Program-made: the position numbers and the translations under genes | In this document: positions 39,631 through 52,256 of the stretch, piece by piece | Position numbering within the stretch: position 1 is the first letter of the stretch | Layout: each line of letters opens with the position of its first letter | Notes under the pieces: generated by a model | Told to the model about the DNA's origin: nothing | The model's database searches: none | The model's input: only the letters and a program-made list of their open reading frames with translations | DNA from: Hormiphora californensis | Taxonomy: Eukaryota; Animalia; Ctenophora | Assembly: GCA_020137815.1 (NCBI GenBank) | Contig: CM035360.1 | Coordinates: 8,007,556-8,071,555 of the forward strand | DNA length: 64,000 nt | Direction of reading: 5' to 3'

Positions 39631-41472
39631 TATGATTAGATGACTGCTTAAAATGGTCGATTACTATTTAGTGCACGAGGCCGAAGGCCGAGTGTTCTAA
39701 ATACAACAATAATGAACCGAGACCGACAGGTCGAGGTAGATGATTTTACTTAGCTGCCGAGCCTGCGAGGCACGCTAAGTGTAACTACTGAGCGAGCCTG
39801 CGAGCTCTGTAGTTGTACTTTTGGGCCGAGCCTGCGAGGCCTAAAAGTGAAAGAATCTTTGGTAGTATGGTAGTTAAGGTCGTGCGCACTTTTTGGCGCC
39901 ACGTGGCGCCACGTGGCGATATTTTAGCGCCAAAATTTGGCGACTGCGCACAACCGCCAATTTGGCGCCAAAATGGCGCCAAATTGGCGCCATGTACTTT
40001 TCACTCTTGGCGCCAAATTGGCGCCACTTGGCGAGTGGGAACATTCAGAAGCGGAAATTAACCACCTCTTTGGCCCCCAGGAGGCGCTAGAGTCACCTAA
40101 AAGCCCCCTAGAAGGCTCCAAGAGACCCCTAGAGTCTATTAGAGTCCCTCAAAAGCCCATAAAGATCGCATGCAGCCCCAGATGAGCACACAAGGCCCCC
40201 AAAAAGCCACTAGAGTTCTCTAGAGTCCCCTGAAACGCCCCAAGAGGACACCAGAGGTCCCTGAATGCCCGTAGATGTCCCTAAAGACCCACAGAGGCAT
40301 CAAGGATTGAACAGTTAAAAAAGAGCTGTGTTTATGTAAATATATCGCCATGTAAGAACTCAATTAGCGCCATGTAAATGGCGCTAATAATTACTTTGGC
40401 GCTTTGATGTGGCGGAGTTTATGTGGCGCTTTTATGTGGCGTCAATTATTGACGCCACACCGGAAATTCAAAAAAACACGTGGCGCTAAAATCGACTAAA
40501 AATCCATTGACGCCATCCTCTCAAAAATTGACGCCACGTCCTGACGCCACGTCCTGAGGCCTTCTACCCTATGAAGCACTTTATCAAGCGCTATAAAGCG
40601 CTTTTTAAAGCGCCATAAAGGGTAGAAGGGCCACGGCCCTAGAACACCGCCACGTGGCGGTTTTAACCGCCACGTGACGGCGGGACGTGGCGTCAATCTC
40701 AGGACGTGGCGTCAATGAGCCTTTTTCGCGGTGTTATGTGGCGCTAATAAATGAAGTTGGCGCTTCGAATTGGCGCTAATGACTTTTGGTCCCCAGGACG
40801 TGGCGTCAATCCCAGGACGTGGCGTCAATTTTTGAGTGGCGGAAATGTCAAAATTTTTTGGCGCTTTTGGATGACGCCACACCCGAAAAAATCGAATCGC
40901 CAATTTGTTTTTTTGGCCTATCATTTGGCGCTAATTTTTGGCGCTATTTTTTGGCGCCATGTAAATTGGCGCCATATAAACTGATGCCAGAAACCCCCTA
41001 GTGGCCCCTAGGGACCCCCAGGAGGCGCTAGAGTCACCTAAAAGCCCCCTAGAAGGCTCTAAGAGACCCCTAGAGGCCACTAGAGTCGATTAGAGTCCCT
41101 CAAACGCCCAGAAAGATCGCATGCAGCCCCAGATGAGCACACAAGGCCCCCAAAAAGCCACTAGAGTTCTCTAGAGTCCCCTGAAACGCCCCAAGAGGAC
41201 ACCAGAGGTCCCTGAATGCCCGTAGAAGTCCCTAAAGACCCACAGAGGCATCAAGGATTGAACAGTCAAAAAAGAGCTGTGTTTATGTAAATATATCGAC
41301 ATGTAAGAACTCAATTAGCGCCATGTAAATGGCGCTATAAATTACTTTGGCGCTTTGATGTGGCAGAGTTTATGTGGCGCCAATTATGTGGCGTCAATTA
41401 TTGACGCCACACCGGAAATTCAAAAAAACACGTGGCGCTAAAATCGACTAAAAATCCATTGACTCCATCCTC

Positions 41473-42272
41473 TTTTTTTTTTTTTTCGGGGGAGAGCACT
41501 CCCGTAAACAATCTTTGATACTGAGAGTTCTCAGTTGATATAAAAATAAATGCGCTCTTGCGCTATCACGGAATAAAATAATAAATTAAAAACAATTGTT
41601 CATTGACTACACACACACTCTCATGTTCCATAGATCGTCAGATGTAGCTTCAGCCTTTTTCCCACGGAAACCACGGATGGAAAGGGTGACACTTCTGACC
41701 ATCGAGAAGCTTAGTCGGAGTCTGATGTATCTGATGCAGTCGCCATGACTGTTTCCTGATCTGTTTGTCTTCAGTTCTGCAATGTGTTTGACCACTTTGG
41801 TAAACTCCTTGGCAAGTCCCCCAGTTGTGCTGATCACCAGTGGACTGAAGAACCCTCCTTCTATTTCCCGGTCTCGGTGAAGATAAGCTATTTTCTTCTG
41901 GGTCTCATGCTTTGCATATGTAAGGGGAATAGTCTGGTTACAGTTGGATGGGGCCTGAGCATTAAAAGCTCTTACATCGAACATTGCCTTATCCATTGGA
42001 TTCCAGAATCCTCTCGTTGCGATATCTAATCTGGCATTATCTTCTGTGATCGTTCCTTCAGGGAGGTCTCTTCCGTTGGTGGGGAGCAGAGAGGGCTCAA
42101 TTTCCGTACCGTCACATACCCGAGTAAGCTCCGCTGCTATGTAGTCCCTAACTCGGTTGTGCCTCAGAGCTACAAATCCGCCCTTTTTGCATGATAGTGC
42201 ATGTTCAACGGTGTTCAGTTCATCGCATGCACAGTTTGTGGGCCTAGCCTCTCCAACGATTGGTAAATTTTT
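41473..42272 (-). mobile_element. 5'-truncated CRE-clade non-LTR retrotransposon
   Basis: CAC...HALSCKKGG, RHNRVRD, ARLDIATRGFW, FDVR, HETQKK, FSPLVISTTGG; poly(A) tail; ~15-bp TSD ttgacKccatcctct. Confidence 0.92.
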
Positions 42273-42777
42273 TTGACGCCATCCTCTCAAAAATTGACGC
42301 CACGTCCTGAGATTGACGCCACGTCCTGAGGCCAAAAAAATAGCGCCAATCTGAAGCGCCAATTTCGACTATTAACGCCACATGAACACTGCCAAAAAGG
42401 CTCATTGACGCCACGTCCTGAGATAGACGCCACGTCCCGGGGCCACGGGGCGGTTAAAACCGCCACGTGGCGGTGTTCAAGGGCCGTGGCCCTTCTACCC
42501 GATAAAGCGCTTTTCAAAGCGCTTTCGAAAGCGCTAAAAACCGCTTTTTATAGCGCTATAAAGCGCTTTTCAAATCGCTATAAAGGTAGAAGGGCCACGG
42601 CCCTTGAACACCGCCACGTGGCGGTTTTAACCGCCTTGTGGCCCCAGGACGTGGCGTCAATCTCAGGACGTGGCGTCAATCAGCCTTTTTGGCAGTGTTC
42701 ATGTGGAGTTAATAGTCGAAATTGGCGCTTCGAATTGGCGCTATTCTTTTTTGGCCCCAGGGACGTGGCTTTGGCCC

Positions 42778-45219
42778 GGTGACCTACAACTATGGCTCAT
42801 GCAACTATGGCTCATAGAATCTATGAGCCATAGATGCATGCAACTATGGCTCATAGAAATGTGATCTGATTAGGTTCTATGAGCCAAAGCTAGTGAGAGT
42901 GAGTGACACGTGAGCGGTGAGTGACACGTGAGTGACACGTGAGTGACACGTGAGAGATCGAATCATATAATATTGAATGAGCACAATATGAATAATGAGC
43001 ACAAATGTAAACGATTTACATAATAATAAATCTAATATTACATAATTAAAATTACACTATCAGTTCATCTTGGATATAATGGTAAAAGGGGTCCTTCTTT
43101 GGACACTTCATAGAGCTTTTCACGTGAATCAGCAGATCCTTAACACGATTTTTTCCCTGCCCGGGTGGATGCCCGAAGGGCATCTACCCGGATGATCGTT
43201 TTAGCACGTGTGCTCAAAAGATCATAAAGGGTTTAGAAATCTCGGATTTGAAATAGTAACTCGAGCGTGGTCAAAATCGCGTGTGTCACGGTAGCAGCAT
43301 AGTAACTGCTCCTTCATAAAATCAAATAACTGTTTTGATGAAATATGATGTCAGGACGCTTATTTTTCAAAGCTGTGCGCGGCGCTCACAACACTGTTGC
43401 TGAAGGGGTGAGGGTAGAGCAGTAACACTGTGTAACTGCATATAGGACGCATGCATCTCACATTGCGACCAAGCCTTTATATTGTGATAGTGTGATACTG
43501 ATCCTGTCGACGGAGGGCAGGGAAACACCGCATTATGAATACATAATGCAATAATTCTTGTTATTCAAATCTATGATCGGGTAGGTACTAAACAGCCGCC
43601 TTGCATTATCACTATCAGGATCCACAGCAAAAAACTCTCCAACAGGTCTGATTTTCGAGAAAGTACATAGTATAGGTAGGATGTTCCCAGAAATTGCCTG
43701 GCTACAGTTTTTGATCTTTCACACTCTTCCAAAACCTCCCGGTACTCGTTGAACGTTGTAGTGTTGTTAGTGACGTCGATAACAATTATAAATAGTGAAT
43801 CCACTAAAAAGTTCTAATGAGCGGGATGGATATGTGACAGTGTCACATATCCACCCCCCCCCCCCTCACTGACACGATTCTGGGATGCGTCATTAGCAGA
43901 GTGAAACGATACGAGATACGAAACTTATGATTCGGGGGAGCTCATTAGCAGTGTGAGACGATACAGGATGTGGAATATGATTCGGGGAAGCTTATTAGGA
44001 GTGTTAGACGATAAAATGAAACACGATTCGGAGAATGTTTTATCGCTCTTTCTATCTATCTCTATCTCTTTTTGTCAATTATCTTGGACTTGAGAACCAG
44101 ATGAGGTGCCTACCATTATACTATAATGCGAGCTGACGCTACACACTTAGTGAGTTTAGTGCCCTTATTTTTGGTAATAAGAGCCTATCGGGCATCGGCT
44201 CGCCTCATTGTTTTTAGGAGGATATGTTGTATTAGATGGAATGCGTTGGGTTTCATTTATTTTCGAGTCTTGCCAAACAGACCAAATTCAAACCATTCCA
44301 TCTAAAACAACAACATATCTGGATGTCGGCTGAGCCGACATCCAGATAAAAAAGGAAAAGGAGTATGGACAAAAATAAGGGCACCAAAGTTTGTAGCTTC
44401 CTCGCATTAGTATGGGTAGGTATCTCCTCTGGTTCTCAAGATAATTGACAAAAAGATATAGAGATAGATAGAAAGAGCGATAAAACATTCTCCGAATCGT
44501 GTCAGTGAGGGGGGATATGTGACACTGTCACATATCCATCCCACTCATTAGAATTTGTTAGCACTTGGATTCACTACTCATTAGCTATAATTGTTATCGA
44601 CGTCACTAACAACACTACGTTCAACGAGTACCGGGAGGTTTTGGAAGAGTGTGAAAGATCAAAAACTGTAGCCAGGCAATTTCTGGGAACATCTTACCTA
44701 TACTATGTACTTTCTCGAAAATCAGACCTGTTGGAGAGTTTTTTACTGTGGATCCTGATAGTGATAATGCAAGGCGGCTGTTTAGTACCTACCCGATCAT
44801 AGATTTGAATAAAAATCGTGTTAAGGATCTGCTGATTCACGTGAAAAGCTCTATGAAGTGTCCAAAGAAGGACCCCTTTTACCATTATATCCAAGATGAA
44901 CTGATAGTGTAATTTTAATTATGTAATATTAGATTTATTATTATGTAAATCGTTTACATTTGTGCTCATTATTCATATTGTGCTCATTCAATATTATATG
45001 ATTCGATCTCTCACGTGTCACTCACGTGTCACTCACGTGTCACTCACGTGTCACTCACTCTCACTAGCTTTGGCCCATAGAACCTAATCAGATCACATTT
45101 CTATGAGCCATAGTTGTATGCATCTATGGCTCATAAAATCTATGAGCCATAGTTGCATGCATCTATGGCTCATAGATTCTATGAGCCATAGTTGCATGAG
45201 CCATAGTTGTAGGTAATCC
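42778..45219. mobile_element. 2.4-kb foldback element with GG termini
   Basis: Long inverted arms with actatggctcat and gagtgacacgt repeats; TSD tttggccc/gttggccc. Confidence 0.85.
43152..43560 (+). mobile_element. Helentron-type non-autonomous element (HINE/DINE-1-like)
   Basis: Inserted in a T run without TSD (empty site at ~44810); subterminal IRs ttccctgccc/gggcagggaa; 3' stem-loop gcattatg-aata-cataatgc; ends CTTG|TT. Confidence 0.78.
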
Positions 45220-47954
45220 GTTGGCCCCAGGACGTGGCGTCAATTTTTGAGTGGCGGAGATGTCAAAATTTTTTGGCGCTTGCGGATGACGCCACACCCG
45301 AAAAAATCGAATCGCTAATTTGTTTTTTTGGCCTATCATTTGGCGCTAATTTTTGGCGCTAATTTTTTGGCGCCATATAAACTGATGCCAGAAACCCCCT
45401 AGTGGCCCCCAGGAGGCGCTAGAGTCACCTAAAAGCCCCCTAGAAGTCTCCAAGAGGCCACTAGAGTCTATTAGAGTCCCTCAAAAGCCCATAAAGATCG
45501 CATGCAGCCCCAGATGAGCACACAAGGCCCCCAAAAAGCCACTAGAGTTCTCTAGAGTCCCCTGAAACGCCCCAAGAGGACACCAGAGGTCCTTGAATGT
45601 CCGTAGAAGTCCCTAAAGACCCACAGAGGCATCAAGGATTGAACAGTTAAAAAAGAGCTGTGTTTATGTAAATATATCGACATGTAAGAACTCAATTAGC
45701 GCCATGTAAATGGCGCTATAAATTACTTTGGCGCTTTGATGTGGCGGAGTTTATGTGGCGCTTTTATGTGGCGTCAATTATTGACGCCACACCGGAAATT
45801 CAAAAAACCACATGGCGCTAAAATCGACTAAAAATCCATTGGCGCCATCCTCTCAAAATTGACGCCACGTCCTGGGGCCAACGCCACGTCCCTGGGGCCA
45901 CAAGGCGGTTAAAACCGCCACGTGGCGGTGTTCAAGGGCCGTGGCCCTTCTACCGCTATAAAGCACTTAAAAGCGCTTTTGAAAGCGCTGTAAAGCGCTT
46001 TTTATAGCGCTATAAAGCGCTTTATAGCGCTTTGTAGCGCTATTTAAAGCGCTTTTCAAAAGTGCTTTTTAGACCGCTTTTAAAAGCGCTTAAAAAAGCG
46101 CTTTAAAGCGCTACTGTACGATTTAAAGCGCTTCAAAGCGCTATAAAGCGTTCTTAAAAGTGCCTTATAGCGCTTTATTTTTAGATTTTGAACAATTTTG
46201 AAAGCGCTTTATAGCGCTTTAAATCGCTACAAGAATCGCTTTAAAGCGCTTTGAGCGCTTTAAAGCGGTACCGCTTTAAAGCGCTTTTTCAAACGCTTTA
46301 AAGCGCTTTAAACCGGTCGAAAAAGTTCAGACCAGAACTACCATATTACCGAATATGATTGATGATAATGTACTACATTAACCGTAGTATTATGCACTAT
46401 GCTGCAGGGACATCACACACACACATCACCCACACACATGATATTGATCAAGCCTGAACAACAGGTTATTGAATCAATCGACCGTTCAACGGTACGAGGT
46501 GCCATCACTGATTTCGTGCAGTTGATCCGAGGATCACGAATTCAATTAATATGTCGTGATTACTGTTTAATAGCCCAACTGGTCATTCCGAAAAATCAGA
46601 TACAAACACATTAATGTGCCGCACTGTATATGAGTTACTCCAACCCTCCAGTTTCAATGCTTGTTTAACGAAGGAAGTAACCAAGCGATCCACTGGATTC
46701 GATATATCTAGGCGCATATCATATTCCCACTGTACTGATGTATAGTGCTAATACATCAGTACTGTGGGAATATGATATGCGCCTAGATATATCGAATCCA
46801 GTGGATCGCTTGGTTACTTCCTTCGTTAAACAAGCATTGAAACTGGAGGGTTGGAGTAACTCATATACAGTGCGGCACATTAATGTGTTTGTATCTGATT
46901 TTTCGGAATGACCAGTTGGGCTATTAAACAGTAATCACGACATATTAATTGAATATGATTGACAAGGTACCATACGACACACAGTCTGTCATTTACACTC
47001 ACTCTCTCTCTTTCTCTCATTAATTATCCCCTTATCACGTTTTGTTTTTTTTTTGTTTTTTAATTTCCAAGAATTCCAATCTCCCTCTCTCATATCTCTC
47101 TCTTTATCTCTCTCTTCTTTTCACTGACAGTGTCAGAACTTGTCCCCTTTTGTGTAAAAGGTGAAGTAGTGTGTGTTAATCTTTTTGTATGTGTTTTTGG
47201 CAAAAACTTTTTGCTTAGTTTGTTTTGTCACATCTCTGTGTGTAACCACTAACCACCCATAATTGTGATTGTTTTGCTTGTCTTGTGTTTTCTCGCGGAA
47301 TATATACCCAATAACCTTCTGCACGTCTTGTGCAAGCGCCCCTATATCGCACTCTCGCAATATAGGTGTGAAATGCACTCCAGCTTCGCTGTCGTGCATT
47401 TCACCTCCATATACGCTCTGCAGTGCAGAGCGTATATGGCGCGCTTGCACTGCGTGCAGAACGTTTATATGTACTATATATATCAATTCCAATCGGTTTC
47501 GTGGCGCTGAACACGACTCTGACCATAAAAAGTTGATATCAAGAACATGCCAAAAGCTGGTGTAAAACACACATATTTTTCTTATTTCGGTATTTTCGGT
47601 AAAAAAGTAAACTTTTTTAATCGCCTGGCCCATGTAATTGACATACACTGTCCAAATTTGCCTCATACAACGTCTAGATGGTGTAGCAACGTTTAGACGG
47701 GTTTTGATAAAATCCGCTAAAATCGGCACAAAATTACTTGAGACGGGGAAAAACGTGCTCGATCAAGCTTAAGACGGCTTATAGACTGTCGTTGTGACGG
47801 GTCTCCGACAACGCCTGGACGGTGTCTAGACTGTACTGTCTCGATGTCTAGACGTTGTATAGACGGTGTCGTCGCGAAATCTGCTTTTTTCAGAGTTGAG
47901 ACGGACTTTTATCTCCATATATGTCGCAAAATTTAACAAAATCATATTTCTTAC

Positions 47955-48123
47955 CTGGAAGAAGATCTTCTTCGCTTCTTGTCGATTCTTTGGATCCTAG
48001 CTCATACCCGACTCCAGAGTCAAGGCTTTCGCTACTTTTGACGCACCCGTTTCCTTTTCTCTCTTGATCGTACAATATATTACCTTCTGTTGGTAACACA
48101 GCTACAGATGATCCACAACCCAT
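47955..48123 (-). CDS. Stathmin-domain (STMND1-like) gene, coding exon 1
   Basis: MGCGSSVAVLPTEG...SLDSGVGYELGSKESTRSEEDLLP; MGCxxS acylation motif; G|gtaaga donor, phase 1; tttctgtag acceptor 2 nt upstream of the ATG. Confidence 0.82.
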
Positions 48124-48662
48124 TACTACAGAAACAAATAGTCCGAGTAGGTTTAAGAATGAGCAAGCATTATTCAGCTGCCACTGCACAGGGAGCAGCT
48201 ACGAAGGGAAAATACCTTTCAAGGGCACGAAGCTATGCATATAGTCAGGGCACACGATGCCAAAAAATGCTGAAAAAGGTCATAATTGTTATCAAGCTAA
48301 TTCCACTTCTAGTAGGCTCTAATACCTTGGTGCCCACCTTAAGTCGACGGATAAGGATTTTAACTTTAGGAAGGCTAAGACCTGGGCAGCCTGTCCTAGA
48401 CTCAAAGGGATATAGAAAACTGACCTGAGAAGGAGCATTAAGGTAAACCTGTTCCGTACCACAGTAGAGGCCATTTTATTATACGGCGCAAAAACTTGGA
48501 CGCTCACATCTACTATGGAGAAACAGTTGGATGGCTGTTATAGTAGGATTATTCGAATGGCGCTTGGTATCAGCTGGTGGGATAGGGTCTCTAATGAGGA
48601 AGTCTTCCAGAATGTCCCAAGAGTTTCTGAGACTGTGAGGACTCGTAGACTTAGGCTGGCTG

Positions 48663-48720
48663 TTGGTGACATAGACACCTGGTGCGACCAAGATTGAGCG
48701 CCAGGTGTCTATATCACCAA
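48663..48720. mobile_element. 58-bp mini-MITE of the same family, inserted in the RTE element
   Basis: TIRs; ggctggctg duplication; interrupts RLRLA|GH. Confidence 0.85.
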
Positions 48721-48730
48721 GGCTGGCTGG

Positions 48731-49744
48731 CAGGAACCGACCGATTATCGGAATCGTAATCGTTATCGTTTAAAAATCGTTATTTTTGCTGAATCGGTAT
48801 CGGATCGTATTCGTTAAAATTTACAAAAAGAATCCGATTTTTTAAACGATTTAAGGACATGTAATCAGTGACCAATGTCTAACTAGCCAGTAGAGACGGT
48901 TTCTTTGAACAGAATCCATTGATTACCCGAACACACGATCCGTGCTAAATAGCTGGTAGCACGGATAGTATTTCAGACCACTAATAAACACGTGATCAAA
49001 CTGACCAGCCTATCAAATGATGGTATATCAAACCAATACCAATACCAATGATGTATTATCACTTGATGCTCAGCTACTGCGTTCACCAATTGGGTATTGA
49101 GTGTTGTGCAGGGTATAAATGACAATTACCTTACAGTCCGTCATACACATTTTTATATGGAATTTTGTGCTCGTATTTTCTGTCAGAATCTGTATAACAC
49201 GCACGTGAATTTGAGCCGCGGCGCGGCGCATCTGCACGTGCGAGTTTTCAAGAGAGAGTGAGAGACAAACGTACAACGTTAATGTGCGTCTCTCTCTTTA
49301 ATCTCGCACGTGAATTTGAGCCGCGGCGCGGCGCATCTGCACGTGCAGTTCATCCAGATAGAAATTCCAAATAGAAATCCCAGAGAGAAATTCCAAAAAA
49401 AATGTGTATGACGCCGTGTTACTCTCGTTAATTAAGCTCGCATATTTCAAGAAACTTTTAAATAAAAAACTTTTTTTCTGGGAAACTACAGGTGTCTCTG
49501 AATTATGTGATTCACATTTGAAAAGTTTCTTATAAAAAAGTTTCTCACTAAAGCGTTTCTTAAAAAATGAGAGTAAGGTGTATGATATTGATACAGAATA
49601 CAGATGAATTATGATGATTTATTCCAGTTAATTTTGAAACCCGAAAAATCGTTATCGTATCGTTATCGTATCGTTATCGGTTAAAAGTTTAATAATCGTA
49701 TCGGAATCGGAATCGTTTTGAAATTTGGAATCGGTCGGTTCCTG
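48731..49744. mobile_element. hAT-like non-autonomous element
   Basis: 16-bp TIR caggaaccgaccgatt; perfect 8-bp TSD ctggctgg. Confidence 0.9.
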
Positions 49745-50209
49745 CTGGCTGGACATGTCCACAGGCACGAGGAGCTAACAGCTCACCAGCTGCTGTTCTG
49801 GGAACCAGATAGGGGCTCTAGAGGCCGGGGTAGACCCAAGAAAACCTATATTAACCAGCTCAGGGAGGATACTGGCTTATCAAATGATGGCGACATCAAA
49901 AAGCTAATGGAACATTGTGTGCTGTAGCGGACCGAACTTATTACTCGGATAATGAACCGTCAAGTAAGTCAAGTCTCACTTTAAACCCCTCCGCCTCTCC
50001 CTTTACTACGCCTCGGGATCGTCGTCGTAATTTAAACCGTTCTAGGATAAACTACAGCTAGCTTTTCCAAGCGGCGCGCTGGGAGAAATAACGCGCCACT
50101 GGCAAGAGTTTATAGCTCATATAAAGTGGTTTGTCGATTGGAGCTACGGGTCAAAAGTTTAAAAAATTAATTTGAGCACAGGAGTTCCAATCTCAAAATC
50201 TTTTCGAGA

Positions 50210-50388
50210 CTAGCGCACCCATTGGGTGCGCCTCAAGTAAGGGCTTTTTGATAACTCATAACCCACCCGGCTTCGCCGGGTGGTTCTTTTCGCCCCTTTC
50301 AACGTCAATAACACGGTTGCCATGGCAACTGAATTGGTAACTATGGGGACTAGCATGTTAAAAGTCGAAAATGTTAACAAACTTCCAC
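50210..50388 (-). mobile_element. 3' end of the same Helitron family; 5' extent unresolved
   Basis: CTAG|T end, hairpin, and ~180 bp of similarity to 62245-62403. Confidence 0.8.
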
Positions 50389-52256
50389 CTGCACCATCCG
50401 TTCCTAGCCTATCTCTCACTTTCTCCCTACTCATGTTGGTGTACGCTCTGGGCTTCCTGACAATTTCAAGGTGCGAATTTAAGAGATCAATGTCATGGAG
50501 GTGCAGTGCTGTTCCAGAAACTCATCATGTGAAAACTTGGCCGCTATGTAGCCGATTCGGAGATTTCTATATTCGACTGGAGTAATCACCCTTAATCACC
50601 CTTGGGCGACTTTGGGTAAAGCTATCCGTAGTCATTGATTGGCTCGCTTGAACACGTTGGCGTAATCTGTTATATTCTCTAGCATGCTCTCTGACAGCAG
50701 CAGTTCTCCTGGACCTAGATAAACGTTGCCGAATAGCACTTTGGGTGGAAGAGCTAGACATCAGGACAGAAGTAAAAGAATGCACGTGCAGAATTGAATT
50801 TCCCCTTGGTGCCCAACTGCAACTGGGAGAGAGGTCTCCAGGTCTCTCTTATAATAATTGCACGTGCAAGTGTAGTTGCTAGGTGATGTAGCACTGACAA
50901 TTTGAATAGTAAGTAGTATGATTGGACAAAAATTGTTTCTCACTCGAAATATATACGTCGTTCCGTTTTCTTGTGCTGGCATTTATAATACGTAGAATGA
51001 TCAATAAACACAATTGTGTCATAATTAGGTTCAAATTTGACTTCCACGTCGCAAATTGGAGTCCAAGTCGCCACTTTAGAGTTCAGAATCCAAGTCGATT
51101 CAAGCCGCCGACTTGGGACGATTTTTTCGCGCCGCCGACCTTTATCAAGCTCGGCGGCGTCCAACTCTAGTATACACTCCACATTGATACAACAACTAAT
51201 TAAGTGGAAAAATTTTTCTACCACAACTGTAATTATCTAAAGGATGTTTTAATAATTCTTTATGAAAATCTCAAGCACGTATATAGTCTGCAATTCACAA
51301 GCTTTGACACAGAGCTCTTAGCAACTAAACGTAAATGTGTGTAGCGTGCGAGAGGTTTAAAATACTATGTCGTGGATAACAAGCAACAAGCAACGACAAT
51401 AAATTTAACGGCAAATCTAGAAAATTTCCACTCTCAATAAGAAAAAACGGTAATATACCATGTCAGTTCCCGGCTTCTATCTCCACCAGCTTCCTGAGCC
51501 CCCTACCTCTGAAACCCAGCCTGAAAGCTGTTTTTGTCAGACTTTCCACTGTCTGACCTCGAGCCCAACCTCTATATATATGGCCATGTTCCAGTTGACA
51601 CACTGCGCTGGCAAGCACAATGGTAACCATGGCCTTCCCTTGGTGACATAGAAACCTGGCGCGACCCCCGCACACAGGTGCCCGCTCCGCCCCAAAAAGG
51701 GTCGTTTCTTTCAAGGGATGTTGCACGCGATCCACTGGACCGATTTGCATCCGGTTTGTCGCAAAAGACTACAAATTGATCCTAATATACTGGAAAATAC
51801 CCGAGAAGTTTGTCTTTCAGCAGGAAGTGGGTCAAAATCGACACTGAATTCAAATCTACAATCTGACTTCCGAGAGTTTCTGCACTACGCCCATGCGATT
51901 TAAAAAATATTGGGAGATATGTGGATGCAATTAGAATTAGAATTTGATGCCGGGTATTTTCCAGTACTCACAAGGCCTCAACCTATCTCCCAATATCGTC
52001 AGACTCAGTCTAAACCGCCTGGGAGTGGTGCAAAAAGGCTCAGAAGCCAGATTATAGATTTGACTTCAGTGTCAATTTTGACCCACTTCCTGTTGACAGA
52101 CAAACTTCTCGGGTATTTCCAGTATATAAGGATCAATTTGTAGTCTTTTGCGACAAACCGAATGCAAATCGGTCCAGTGGATCGCGTGCAAAAGCCTTGA
52201 AAGACACGACCCTTTTTAGGGGGCGGAGCGGACACCTTTTTCAGTTATAATTGGTA

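Larger units (their letters stand above)
39861..46350. mobile_element. Composite GG-terminal DNA element (family K) with ~900-bp tandem TGGCGCC-rich units and nested insertions; another right end at 55276-55592
   Basis: ggtagtatggtagtt at 39861; aactaccatattacc at 46350; aactaccatactacc at 55592; units start at ~40070, ~41020 and ~45405. Confidence 0.68.
48290..49973 (+). mobile_element. RTE-clade LINE 3' fragment interrupted by two DNA elements
   Basis: VEAILLYGAKTWTLT, LDGCYSRIIRMAL, RRLRLAGHVHRH, LLFWEP, GRPKKTY; caagt-like tail. Confidence 0.88.

Noticed and set aside
47133-47729. 198-codon ORF as a gene or exon
   Set aside because: No recognisable motif, it begins inside a repeat, and it is not needed for the exon phase chain.
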